DNA of 64,000 nt from a virus: the IMG/VR virus record IMGVR_UViG_3300042542_004852, one strand, 5' to 3'. The position numbers were made by a program, and so were the translations under genes. This document shows positions 37,438 to 47,178 of this stretch, in pieces (position 1 is the first letter of the stretch; each line of letters opens with the position of its first letter). The notes beneath the pieces were generated by a model that was given only the letters and a program-made list of their open reading frames with translations, searched no databases and was not told where the DNA came from.

Positions 37438-37602
37438 TTTCTATTTATACGGAAGATAATTAAAGTTAACTTTAGTATAAATCATGTTTTAAGTACTTCT
37501 AACGTCATAGAAGAAAGAGAACGCTAGGGATACGAAGGGATGGGGGATAATTCTTGCAAAAAATCTGAAAAAAGTTTCAAAACACATTTCCTGATTCATT
37601 CA

Positions 37603-37630
37603 TTGACAAGAGCGTATGCTTGTGTAATAT
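37603..37630 (+). promoter_or_regulatory. rightward sigma70 promoter (leaderless) with embedded GTGTAA
   Basis: TTGACA-N16-TAATAT-N5-ATG. Confidence 0.7.
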
Positions 37631-37635
37631 ATCGT

Positions 37636-38610
37636 ATGACTATTTTCGATGAGCAAATTTCGCGCAAGCCAGATCGGTACCCTTGGGTCCAAGATTTTAT
37701 TTCAGCAATGCATGAGGGTTTTTGGACCCATAAAGAATTCAGCTTTTCAAGCGATGTCCAAGATTTTAAAGTTAATCTTGATCAACAAGAAAAAGAAATC
37801 ATTATCCGCACGCTATCTGCCATTGGCCAGATTGAAGTTGCTGTGAAAAAGTTTTGGGCAAAGCTTGGCGATAATCTGCCACATCCGACGTTAACTGACT
37901 TAGGATACGTTATGGCAGGTGTTGAGGTCATCCACAACAACGCATACCAGAGGCTTTTAGAAGTGCTTGGAATGGAAGATATTTTTGAACAAAACTTGAA
38001 GCTCGATGTTGTTTCTGGTCGTGTTAACTATCTTCGCAAATACACTCATCGTTTTTACAAAGATTCAAAGAAGCAATATGTTTATGCTTTGATTCTTTTC
38101 ACACTTTTCATTGAGAATGTTTCTTTGTTTTCTCAGTTTTATATTATTCTTTGGTTCGGAAGATACCGCAACGTTCTGAAAGATACCACTCAACAAGTCA
38201 CCTATACAAAGAATGAAGAGCTTCTTCACGCAAGAGTTGGCATGAAACTTGTGAATGTTATTCGTCAAGAATGTCCTGAGCTTTTTGACGAGGAGCTAGA
38301 GCAAAGAATTTTGCACGAAGCAGCAGAAGCTTTCAAGGAAGAATCAAAGATTATTGACTGGATCATTGGTGACTTTAGCGCACAAAGAATCAATGGCGCA
38401 ATCCTCAAGGAATACGTTAAGGGAAGAATTAACGATTCTTTGAAAGAGATTGGCTTCAAATCCTTATTTACTATTGATAAAACTATTGCTAGAGACTACG
38501 AATGGATGGATGAGGAGGTCTTGGCAAACAATGCCGTAGATTTCTTCTACCAACGTCCCGTTGACTATGCAAAGAAAAACAAAACCTTTGAACTCGAAGA
38601 CCTCGTTTGA
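37636..38610 (+). CDS. nrdB: ribonucleotide reductase beta subunit, class Id-type
   Basis: QIEVAVKKFW, EVIHNNAY, ENVSLFSQF, EELH, DFF..RP.DY. Confidence 0.93.
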   Translation: MTIFDEQISRKPDRYPWVQDFISAMHEGFWTHKEFSFSSDVQDFKVNLDQQEKEIIIRTLSAIGQIEVAVKKFWAKLGDNLPHPTLTDLGYVMAGVEVIHNNAYQRLLEVLGMEDIFEQNLKLDVVSGRVNYLRKYTHRFYKDSKKQYVYALILFTLFIENVSLFSQFYIILWFGRYRNVLKDTTQQVTYTKNEELLHARVGMKLVNVIRQECPELFDEELEQRILHEAAEAFKEESKIIDWIIGDFSAQRINGAILKEYVKGRINDSLKEIGFKSLFTIDKTIARDYEWMDEEVLANNAVDFFYQRPVDYAKKNKTFELEDLV

Positions 38611-38611
38611 A

Positions 38612-40258
38612 ATGACAAAATACTACTGGCTAAATCAAAAATCCCGTGAATTCCTATCTCGCGGCTATGTTGGCGAAAATCAAACAGCAGAAGAAAGAGT
38701 AAGGCAGATCGCTGAAACTGCTGAAAAATATTTAAATATCAAAGGCTATGCAGATAAGTTTGAGGATTATATGTCTCGCGGTTGGTTCAGTCTTTCTTCT
38801 CCAGTATGGGCGAACTATGGACTCGAAAGAGGTTTGCCTTGCTCTTGCAACGGTTCGTTCATTGATGACACAATGGAAAGCATCTTGTATAAGAATGCTG
38901 AAATTGGAATGATGACTAAAAATGCTGCTGGAACATCCGCATACTTTGGAAAGCTACGCCCAAGAGGTGCAGCAATTAGTTCTGGTGGGGCTTCTAGCGG
39001 AAGCGTTCATTTTATGGAACTGTTTGACAAGGTTGCCAATATTGTTTCTCAATCTAATGTTCGTCGCGGTTCAATGGCAGCTTATTTAGACGTTGACCAT
39101 CCTGATCTAGAAGAGTTTCTTCGCATCCGCACAGAAGGCAATCCGATTCAAGAGCTTAGTATTGGAGTCTGTATCTCAAACGAATGGATGAGAGGACTGC
39201 TAAACAAGGAAAACGACAAGCTAAAAATCTGGGGACAGATTATTAAAAAGCGATTTGAAAGTGGCTATCCATATATTCATTTCACTGGCAACGCCAATGA
39301 ACAAGCTCCAGCAGTTTACAAAGATAAGGGCGCAAAGATTCATGCCAGTAATCTGTGTAATGAAATCCAACTCTCATCTGACAAAGACACTTCTTTTGTT
39401 TGTGTGCTTTCAAGCATTAACTTGCTTCATTATCATGAATGGAAGGACACTGACGCTGTTGAAGTTTTGACTTATTTCCTTGATACTGTCACCGAAGAAT
39501 ACATTCACAAGACTGAAAATATGCCATTCATGGCTGCTGCTAACAAGTTCGCCAAAGAACAGAGAGCAGTTGGTCTTGGAGTTCTAGGCTGGCATTCTCT
39601 TTTGCAAGCTAGTCATATTGCTTGGGAGAGCATGGAGGCTAAACTCTTGAATGCAAGTGTGTTCAAGCTAATCGCTGAAAGAAGCTTGAAGGCAAGCAAA
39701 GAAATGGCTGAAAAATATGGTGAGCCAGAAATGCTGAAAGGCTATGGCGAAAGAATGGTTACTCGTTTAGCTATTGCTCCAACTGTTTCTTCTTCATTTA
39801 TTCTTGGTCAAGTTTCTCAAGGCGTTGAGCCTCAAAACTCCAACTACTATGTGAAGAAGCTCGCAAAAGGTTCCTTCACTTATAAAAATCCATATCTTAA
39901 AGAACTCTTGGATGAAAAAGGTAAAGATGACCAAGAAGTTTGGAAGAGCGTTCTTGAAAATGGCGGTTCTGTTCAGCATCTTGATTTCTTGAGCAAACAC
40001 GAAAAAGATGTGTTCAAGACTTTCGGAGAAATTTCACAAAAAGAAATTGTTATTCAAGCAGCGCAGCGTCAAAAGTTTATTGATCAAGGACAAAGCTTGA
40101 ACCTCATGATTCCTCCGTCCACTTCTATTGGAGAAGTAAGCAAACTAATGATTTTTGGATGGGAACAAGGGATTAAAGGATTTTATTATCAAAAGTCCAG
40201 CAACCCAAGCCAGTTGTTAGCTCGCTCACTTAATGAGTGCAAGTCTTGCGAAGCTTAA
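38612..40258 (+). CDS. nrdA: ribonucleotide reductase alpha subunit (compact, no ATP-cone)
   Basis: SNLCNEI, AIAPTVSSS, DQGQSLN, YY, C-terminal CxxC. Confidence 0.95.
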   Translation: MTKYYWLNQKSREFLSRGYVGENQTAEERVRQIAETAEKYLNIKGYADKFEDYMSRGWFSLSSPVWANYGLERGLPCSCNGSFIDDTMESILYKNAEIGMMTKNAAGTSAYFGKLRPRGAAISSGGASSGSVHFMELFDKVANIVSQSNVRRGSMAAYLDVDHPDLEEFLRIRTEGNPIQELSIGVCISNEWMRGLLNKENDKLKIWGQIIKKRFESGYPYIHFTGNANEQAPAVYKDKGAKIHASNLCNEIQLSSDKDTSFVCVLSSINLLHYHEWKDTDAVEVLTYFLDTVTEEYIHKTENMPFMAAANKFAKEQRAVGLGVLGWHSLLQASHIAWESMEAKLLNASVFKLIAERSLKASKEMAEKYGEPEMLKGYGERMVTRLAIAPTVSSSFILGQVSQGVEPQNSNYYVKKLAKGSFTYKNPYLKELLDEKGKDDQEVWKSVLENGGSVQHLDFLSKHEKDVFKTFGEISQKEIVIQAAQRQKFIDQGQSLNLMIPPSTSIGEVSKLMIFGWEQGIKGFYYQKSSNPSQLLARSLNECKSCEA

Positions 40259-40301
40259 CTAATTGTTGATAAAAATAATTTTTTAAGTGTAAAAAGTAAA
40301 C

Positions 40302-41345
40302 ATGGAAGTAGATTTTTCTCAACAAATTTTAGAGGCGAAAAACCGCGCTGGACCTAAAAGTTCTGCACAAACTCCTGCAAAGGAAGATGAGCGAAAAAAA
40401 GGTTCAAAAATTAACGAGCCAGGTTCTGCTGGCACATCTCCTGATGCCAAAGAAAAAGCAGAGAAAAATCTTGAAAAAGATGACGAGAAAGAAGTTGTAA
40501 AAGCTGAAATCACTTTCAACGAAAAGATTACTGAATCTTTGAAGAAGAAAGCAGAAGAGCATAACTCCAAACATAGTCGTAAAGTTTCTGTTTCACAATT
40601 AAAGAAAGTTTATCGTCGTGGATTGGGAGCTTTTAGCTCAACTCATCGTCCAGGCAAGAGTCGCCAACAGTGGGCAATGGCTCGCGTCAATACTTTTTTA
40701 AAGATGATGCGTGGTGAAAAAGTCAAAGACGCATATAAGGCTGCTGATGGCGATATTGCCAAAGGCTCTGAGGCTTTTGACCATAACCATGACTTTTATG
40801 ATTTTGAAGACCTTGAGCTTCAACTAGCTCACATTAATCTCATTGAGGCAGGCGTTTTATTTGAAGAGATGAACATCTTCAATGAAGATATTGACTACAC
40901 AGAGGCTGAACAGAAAACATTAAATAAGCCATTCAGACTTCCTTCTGGCTCTAATAAGAAATTTGGCGTTTACGTTAAAAACGATAAAGGCAACACTGTA
41001 ATGGTCAAGTTTGGCGATCCAAACATGGAAATCAAGCGTGACGACCCAGAGCGTAGAAAAAACTTTCGCGCTCGTCATCAATGCGATACTAATGTTGGTC
41101 CCAAATGGAAAGCTAGATATTGGTCTTGCCGCTTCTGGAGCAAGAGTCCCGTTTCTAAAATGACGGCAGAAGAGCTAAAAGACCTTGATTCTGTTGAAGC
41201 TTTTTACATTAAACAAGAAGAAAGACTCTCCTCTTTGCAAGAGGATGGTTTTGATGAAGAGCTTCTTCCTTCCCAAGAAGAATTGTTAGCTCTTAATCCT
41301 CTCTTGGATGATGTTTATTTTATTGAAGAAGAAGCTGGAATTTAA
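40302..41345 (+). CDS. two-domain basic phage protein (probably virion-associated)
   Basis: RRGLGAF..THRPG...QWAMARV domain and KFGDPNM..RR..FRARH.C..ARYWSC domain. Confidence 0.65.
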   Translation: MEVDFSQQILEAKNRAGPKSSAQTPAKEDERKKGSKINEPGSAGTSPDAKEKAEKNLEKDDEKEVVKAEITFNEKITESLKKKAEEHNSKHSRKVSVSQLKKVYRRGLGAFSSTHRPGKSRQQWAMARVNTFLKMMRGEKVKDAYKAADGDIAKGSEAFDHNHDFYDFEDLELQLAHINLIEAGVLFEEMNIFNEDIDYTEAEQKTLNKPFRLPSGSNKKFGVYVKNDKGNTVMVKFGDPNMEIKRDDPERRKNFRARHQCDTNVGPKWKARYWSCRFWSKSPVSKMTAEELKDLDSVEAFYIKQEERLSSLQEDGFDEELLPSQEELLALNPLLDDVYFIEEEAGI

Positions 41346-41378
41346 GTAGAAAATACTTAAAGCCATCGTACTATCCTA

Positions 41379-41642
41379 GTGATCGAGCAGATTCTAGGAA
41401 TCATTTATACATTTTGCTTTTCTTCATGCTATATACCACAAATTCTCAAAAGCTTGAGAACAAAAAATGTGGAAGATGTTAGCATTGTAATGTTTATATT
41501 ATCAATAGCAGGGTATATCTCAGCAATGGGATATACCTTTTTGCGTGTTGGATTTGATTTTTGGTGGACCGTAAATTATTTTTGCGGTTTAGTATCTTCG
41601 ATAATTATGGTCAGTATCTTTTTAAAATATAAAAAACAATGA
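41379..41642 (+). CDS. PQ-loop / SemiSWEET-type transporter
   Basis: Three TM helices; YIPQILK..RTK..DVS. Confidence 0.85.
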   Translation: MIEQILGIIYTFCFSSCYIPQILKSLRTKNVEDVSIVMFILSIAGYISAMGYTFLRVGFDFWWTVNYFCGLVSSIIMVSIFLKYKKQ

Positions 41643-42268
41643 ATAATATTTATTATCAATCCGAATATTGGAATAGCTTCCCCAAATCTGATTTCAATAC
41701 AGTAGCCAAAGATTTAAATGGTTCTTGGGATTCAGAAAAACAACAATATCTTGAATCTACACCAATTCAAGAATCTTCTTTGCGTATTCTACAAAATGAA
41801 ACGAAAATGAATAAAGTTCTAGACTTTGGATGTGGCATGGGAAGAAATTTAAATTACTTAAAAGATTTATGTCCAAATGTTTTTGGTTTTGATACTTCGA
41901 TTATGTTATCAAATTTAATGAAAACACAAAATTTTAATTACAATTATGTAACAGAAGACTTTGAAAAATTTGGGAATTATGCCCCATTTGATTTTATTTA
42001 CGAATGTACAGTCCTTCAACACATGCCTCCACAAGAGGTTTTGTTTAGACTAATGCAAATGAAACATTTAACTAAATATATCTACATAACGACTCGCTCA
42101 TATAATGATATGTTTAGAGATTTTCAAAACCAAAAAGGAGGAGTTAATTTAATGAAATTGATTGATTCTTTAAATTTATGGGAAGTTATTGACTGTTCTA
42201 TTCCAAAAGAAAAAGCGGGTTCATTCATGGACGAAACGCATTACTCAATGCTATTAAAATTAAAATAA
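41639..42268 (+). CDS. class I SAM-dependent methyltransferase
   Basis: VLDFGCGMGRN and FDFI....VLQH. Confidence 0.9.
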   Translation: MNNIYYQSEYWNSFPKSDFNTVAKDLNGSWDSEKQQYLESTPIQESSLRILQNETKMNKVLDFGCGMGRNLNYLKDLCPNVFGFDTSIMLSNLMKTQNFNYNYVTEDFEKFGNYAPFDFIYECTVLQHMPPQEVLFRLMQMKHLTKYIYITTRSYNDMFRDFQNQKGGVNLMKLIDSLNLWEVIDCSIPKEKAGSFMDETHYSMLLKLK

Positions 42269-42280
42269 TTTTTATTTAAA

Positions 42281-43051
42281 ATGTTTAGTATTTACCATTC
42301 AGCGTTCAATCTCATTAAACATGGTTTTGTGGGCTGGGAAAACAGCGTGCAAAACTCTTGTAAATTCGCAGACGAAGTAATTATTGCAGTAAACACTTCT
42401 TCTGATGGAACAAAAGAAGCTATCGAAGAATCTCTTAAAGATTTCTCTAATTGGAGAATTGTAGAAACAGATTTTTCCTACCAAGACCCTTGGTTAGATG
42501 GCAAGATTAAAAATGCAGCGCTTCAAACTTGCACACAGGATTTTAAGATTCAACTTGACCTGGACGAGTACATTCCACTATGGCAAAAACCATTATGGCA
42601 AAACTTGGCAATGCAAATCGCTCTCAGTCCAGTTCAGTGCGCAGCAGTTGCATCAGTGAATCTTTATAAAGATTGGGAGCATTTTTCCTCAATTAATAAT
42701 AAGCAATACTTCCACAAGGGGCAAGCTTATCGCGCTCCAAGCATCGCATCTAGAAAACCAGACGGCACAATTAACACCCAAATGAGTGACGGTTGCGACT
42801 TGGTTAATGCTGACGGTCAATTTGTTTCGACCATTGGAACTACAACGAATTTAGAACCTCTAGAGCTTGGTGTTTCACCATTTGTTGTCCATTTTGGTTA
42901 TGTAGATTTAGACTCAAGACTCAAGCGCAATCATGAGTTTTGGCACGAACATTGGTATGTTGAAGGTGGTGGCCAAGACCCTGCTCACAAAATACACATG
43001 AAACACGAAGATTTCGAATATCCTTATGTAGAGCATAAATTAAGACTATGA
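42281..43051 (+). CDS. GT2-like glycosyltransferase
   Basis: ADEVII..S.DGT, KN.AL, QLDLDE, HFGY. Confidence 0.8.
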   Translation: MFSIYHSAFNLIKHGFVGWENSVQNSCKFADEVIIAVNTSSDGTKEAIEESLKDFSNWRIVETDFSYQDPWLDGKIKNAALQTCTQDFKIQLDLDEYIPLWQKPLWQNLAMQIALSPVQCAAVASVNLYKDWEHFSSINNKQYFHKGQAYRAPSIASRKPDGTINTQMSDGCDLVNADGQFVSTIGTTTNLEPLELGVSPFVVHFGYVDLDSRLKRNHEFWHEHWYVEGGGQDPAHKIHMKHEDFEYPYVEHKLRL

Positions 43052-44400
43052 AAGCTATCCTATTTGATTTAGACGGCGTATTAGTTTCAGCTAAAGAAAT
43101 TCATTACCAAGCTCTAAATGAAGCTTTGTCTAAAATTGATCAAAAATATATAATTTCAGAAAATGAACATCTAAGTATTTTTGATGGATTAAAAACTAAT
43201 GAAAAGCTCGACCTTTTATCAAAAACAAAAGAACTTCCGAGAAGTTTACACGAACAAATTTGGAACTTAAAACAAGAGATTACATTAAGCAAGATTTGCA
43301 ATTTACAAAAAGATTTGAATTTAATTAATGTTTTTGAAAAACTTTCAAAATTAAATATCAAAATAGCTTGTTGTTCTAATTCTATTAGGAAGTCTGTTAT
43401 TAATATGCTTGCGAATATAGGTATAATTAAATACTTTGATTTAATTTTGTCAAATGAAGATGTAAAAAATTCTAAACCTCATCCTGAAATTTATTGGAAG
43501 GCAATGTCTATGCTTTCTTTAAATCCAGATGAATGTTTAATCGTTGAGGATTCTCCTCATGGTTTGCTTGCTGCCCAACGTTCTAACTGCAAGGTGTTAA
43601 GAGTAAAAAATCCACAAGAAATTAATTTTGAAAAAATACAATCTTACTTGAATAATCAACAGACAATGAAAACCAAATGGCAAGATAAAAGTATGAATGT
43701 TCTAATCCCGATGGCTGGGGCTGGAAGTCGTTTTGAAAAAGCTGGATATACATTTCCAAAACCACTAATTGAAGTTAATGGAAAACCAATGATCCAAGTC
43801 GTTGTTAATAATTTGAATTTTGACTCAAAACATATTTTTATAACTCAAAAACAGCATCGAATCAAATATAATCTAGATTCTTTACTTAATTTAATTTCTC
43901 CAGAATGTTCTATTATTGATGTTGACGGGGTAACTGAAGGTGCAGCTTGCACTACACTTCTAGCAAAAGAATTAATCAATAATGATAATCCATTAATTAT
44001 TGCAAATTCAGATCAATTTGTGGACTGGAATTCTAGCGAGTTCATGTATAAAATGCAAGAGCAAGATGTTGACGCTGGTATTCTAACATTCAAATCAAAT
44101 CATCCAAAATGGTCTTATGCCAAAATTGACGAATACGGTTACGTTACAGAAGTGGCAGAAAAAAATCCAATTTCAGATATTGCTACAGTAGGCATTTATT
44201 ACTGGAAAAGGGGTAGAGATTATGTTCGTTTTGCAGAAATGATGATTGAGAAAGGTATTAGATCAAACAATGAATTTTATGTTTGTCCAGTTTTTAATCA
44301 GGCGATTGAACACGGTTTAAAAATCAAAACATTTAATATTGAAAAAATGTTTGGATTGGGAACTCCAGAAGATTTAAATTTTTATTTACAAAATCTATGA
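43048..44400 (+). CDS. HAD phosphatase fused to BcbE-like sugar nucleotidyltransferase
   Basis: FDLDGVL, KPHP, VEDS; IPMAGAGSRF..PKPLI, NSDQ, LGTPEDL. Confidence 0.88.
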   Translation: MKAILFDLDGVLVSAKEIHYQALNEALSKIDQKYIISENEHLSIFDGLKTNEKLDLLSKTKELPRSLHEQIWNLKQEITLSKICNLQKDLNLINVFEKLSKLNIKIACCSNSIRKSVINMLANIGIIKYFDLILSNEDVKNSKPHPEIYWKAMSMLSLNPDECLIVEDSPHGLLAAQRSNCKVLRVKNPQEINFEKIQSYLNNQQTMKTKWQDKSMNVLIPMAGAGSRFEKAGYTFPKPLIEVNGKPMIQVVVNNLNFDSKHIFITQKQHRIKYNLDSLLNLISPECSIIDVDGVTEGAACTTLLAKELINNDNPLIIANSDQFVDWNSSEFMYKMQEQDVDAGILTFKSNHPKWSYAKIDEYGYVTEVAEKNPISDIATVGIYYWKRGRDYVRFAEMMIEKGIRSNNEFYVCPVFNQAIEHGLKIKTFNIEKMFGLGTPEDLNFYLQNL

Positions 44401-45155
44401 AAACTGCGATTTGCATTTCTGGTCATTTAAGACACTATAAAAATTTAAGAGATAACTTTCTTTCATTCAAGAATGTTTTAAAAAAATTTTCTGATGTAGA
44501 TGTGTTTGTATCAACCTGGGACAAGCAGAATACTTTAAATAGTTGGTCACACGCTCATAATTTATCTAATGAAAAAACTGTTAAAAACATAGTTGATATT
44601 AACGAAGTTAAGGAAAATTATGAGACAGATAATGTTGAATTATTTAATTATGATTTTTATAGTTCTGAATATTCCCCAATCAGTTATAAAGATTTAACAG
44701 ATAAAATTTATGATTGGGATTCTAGAGGCATTGGTGGAAATGTAATCAATTCATCTAAAATGTTTTTTTTAATTTACCAAGCAAACAAGCAAAAAAAATA
44801 TCAAGAATTTCTAAATCAAAAAAAATATGACATTGTGTTCAGAGTAAGGCCAGATTATGAATTTGAAAACCATGAAAATTTTTTTGAATCACTTGCGCTA
44901 GAGAGTAATGCAATATATTATGCTCTACCATATCCAACATCAAAAATAGATGATCAATTCTCTTTTGGAGATTCACAAGTTATGGATAAGTATAGCTCTT
45001 GCTGGAATAAACAAGCGTCAATTTTTCATTCACATTTTTGGGGTGATCCAGAGGATATTTTAAAACATAGTATTTTTTCTATGCATGAAATTAAATTTAT
45101 TCAGATACCTAGATTAGGTTTTCTTGGTTCTGATATTTCAAGCTTTAAAAGATGA
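44397..45155 (+). CDS. putative glycosyltransferase-like protein
   Basis: AICISGHLR, YDIVFRVRPD, DQFSFG. Confidence 0.65.
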   Translation: MKTAICISGHLRHYKNLRDNFLSFKNVLKKFSDVDVFVSTWDKQNTLNSWSHAHNLSNEKTVKNIVDINEVKENYETDNVELFNYDFYSSEYSPISYKDLTDKIYDWDSRGIGGNVINSSKMFFLIYQANKQKKYQEFLNQKKYDIVFRVRPDYEFENHENFFESLALESNAIYYALPYPTSKIDDQFSFGDSQVMDKYSSCWNKQASIFHSHFWGDPEDILKHSIFSMHEIKFIQIPRLGFLGSDISSFKR

Positions 45156-45568
45156 AAATTATTTCACATAGAGGAAATTTAATTGGGCCATGCGATTTGG
45201 AAAATCATCCGACACGCATTCAAGAATTACTTAATGAAAAAATAGAGTGTGAGATTGATGTTTGGAGCATGAATCAAAAATTTTATTTAGGCCATGATTT
45301 TGCTAAATACGAAGTTGACTTTACATTTTTACAACAAAGTGGATTATGGTGCCATGCTAAAAATTTAGATGCATTAAATATAATGCTAGATAAAAAAATT
45401 AATTGTTTTTGGCATCAAACAGACGATTTTACCTTAACATCAAGTGGATTTATTTGGACATTCCCAAATAAAAATATTACTTCAAAATCAATTATAGTTG
45501 ATACTTCTCCAGAATGGAGAAATAAAAATTATGACTGTTATGGGGTATGCGCAGATTATATTTTATAA
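45152..45568 (+). CDS. GDPD/PLC-like phosphodiesterase
   Basis: ISHRGN, EIDVW, LGHD, WCHAKN. Confidence 0.75.
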   Translation: MKIISHRGNLIGPCDLENHPTRIQELLNEKIECEIDVWSMNQKFYLGHDFAKYEVDFTFLQQSGLWCHAKNLDALNIMLDKKINCFWHQTDDFTLTSSGFIWTFPNKNITSKSIIVDTSPEWRNKNYDCYGVCADYIL

Positions 45569-45571
45569 ATT

Positions 45572-46609
45572 ATGAAAACAATCATTATCACAGGAGTCAC
45601 TGGTCAAGACGGTTCTTTAATGGCAGACCACCTGCTAGAAGACCCAAAAAACTTTGTTTATGGAGCATGTCGCCGTTTGAGCGTTCCAAACCACCAAAAC
45701 ATTGAACACCTAAAAGATCACGAAAGATTCAAGCTTTTGGAGCTTGATCTCACTGATGCGGAAAGCATTAATGAGGCAATTAGACAAATCAAGCCAGATT
45801 ACTTCATCAACTTTGCCGCTAATTCTTTTGTTGGAAATAGCTGGAAGATGCCAATCAATCACATGCAAACAAATTGCATGGGTGTTCTTTATTGTCTTGA
45901 GGCAATTAAGAATCTTTCTCCACATACGAGATTTTACAACGCTGGCAGCAGCGAACAATTTGGAGACGTAGCCTATTCTCCACAAGATATTAACCATCCA
46001 TTTAAGCCAAGATCGCCTTATGGAGCATCTAAATGCGCTGCGCATCACCTTGTTAAGGTATATCGTGAATCTTATGGAACTTATGCTGTTCAAGGCATCT
46101 TGTTTAATCATGAAGGTGTTCGTCGCGGTGAAGAGTTTGTCACTCGCAAAATCACCAAAAACGTAGCTAGAATCTATAACTCTAAAAGAAGCGGCGAATC
46201 TTTCGCTCCAATCGAGCTTGGAAACATTGACTCAAAAAGAGATTGGAGTGACGCTCAAGATTTTGTTCGCGGTGTTTGGATGATGTTGAATCAAGAATCT
46301 CCAAAAGATTATGTTCTTTCGGCAAATGAAACGCATTCAGTTCGTGAGTTTGTTGAGCTTGCTTTTAAAGCCGCCTTTATTGAAGGCGATTGGATTGGAG
46401 AAGGCTTGACCGAGCGTTTCGTTGATAAAGAAACTAGCAAGGATTTGTTGATTATTAATCCAGCTTTCTATCGTCCAGCAGAAGTTGACCTTCTTTGGGG
46501 CGATTCAAACCCAGCAAGACAAGAACTTGGTTGGAACCCAAAAACATCATTTTCAAAATTAGTTAAAAAAATGGTTGCATCAGACCTCCATTGGCCTTAT
46601 AATGATTAA
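45572..46609 (+). CDS. gmd: GDP-mannose 4,6-dehydratase
   Basis: ITGVTGQDGS, SSEQFG, PRSPYGASK, FNHE..RRGEEFVTRKI, RPAEVD.L.GD. Confidence 0.95.
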   Translation: MKTIIITGVTGQDGSLMADHLLEDPKNFVYGACRRLSVPNHQNIEHLKDHERFKLLELDLTDAESINEAIRQIKPDYFINFAANSFVGNSWKMPINHMQTNCMGVLYCLEAIKNLSPHTRFYNAGSSEQFGDVAYSPQDINHPFKPRSPYGASKCAAHHLVKVYRESYGTYAVQGILFNHEGVRRGEEFVTRKITKNVARIYNSKRSGESFAPIELGNIDSKRDWSDAQDFVRGVWMMLNQESPKDYVLSANETHSVREFVELAFKAAFIEGDWIGEGLTERFVDKETSKDLLIINPAFYRPAEVDLLWGDSNPARQELGWNPKTSFSKLVKKMVASDLHWPYND

Positions 46610-46611
46610 TT

Positions 46612-47178
46612 ATGAATGTTCTGCAAATTGGATGTAATAATTGTGACGATCATGTTTTTGATTTCGTCAAAGAAAATAAAAATTTAATCAATAATTTTTT
46701 TGTAGTTGATGCACTGCCTAAATGCTGCGAAAAAGCAAAAGAGGTTTATAGCTTTATTGATAATTTAAAAGTCTTCAATAATGCAATTGGTGTAGAAAAT
46801 ACAACTTGTAGATTTTATTTTCCAGAGGGTGACGAAGAATCCGCTCACGCATCTCTCAATAAAGAGCATGTAATAAAACACCATCACCCTGATGTCAATT
46901 TTATTGATGTGGAGTGTATTGACATTAATGATTTCTTAAAAAATCTTCCGCCAATAGATCGTTTATATATTGACATTGAAGGTTTAGATGTGAAAACGCT
47001 AATGCACATGAATGAGGAATATTTTAATATTCCTTATATTGAATATGAATTCTATCATGGCCAAGACACATTCAATCCTGGAATAATGCATCATTTTCTC
47101 TTGCAAAAATTTGCATATCATGGATATTCGGTAAAACAAATATCTGAATACAATTGTGCCGCAGAAAAAACTAAATAA
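46612..47178 (+). CDS. FkbM family methyltransferase
   Basis: LQIGCN, NNAIG, LYIDIEGLD. Confidence 0.8.
   Translation: MNVLQIGCNNCDDHVFDFVKENKNLINNFFVVDALPKCCEKAKEVYSFIDNLKVFNNAIGVENTTCRFYFPEGDEESAHASLNKEHVIKHHHPDVNFIDVECIDINDFLKNLPPIDRLYIDIEGLDVKTLMHMNEEYFNIPYIEYEFYHGQDTFNPGIMHHFLLQKFAYHGYSVKQISEYNCAAEKTK

Noticed and set aside
41379-47178. Glycan cluster as a bacterial capsule/O-antigen locus (host contamination)
   Set aside because: It is coupled to phage genes on both sides, shows the same motif avoidance, and lacks export or polymerase genes.
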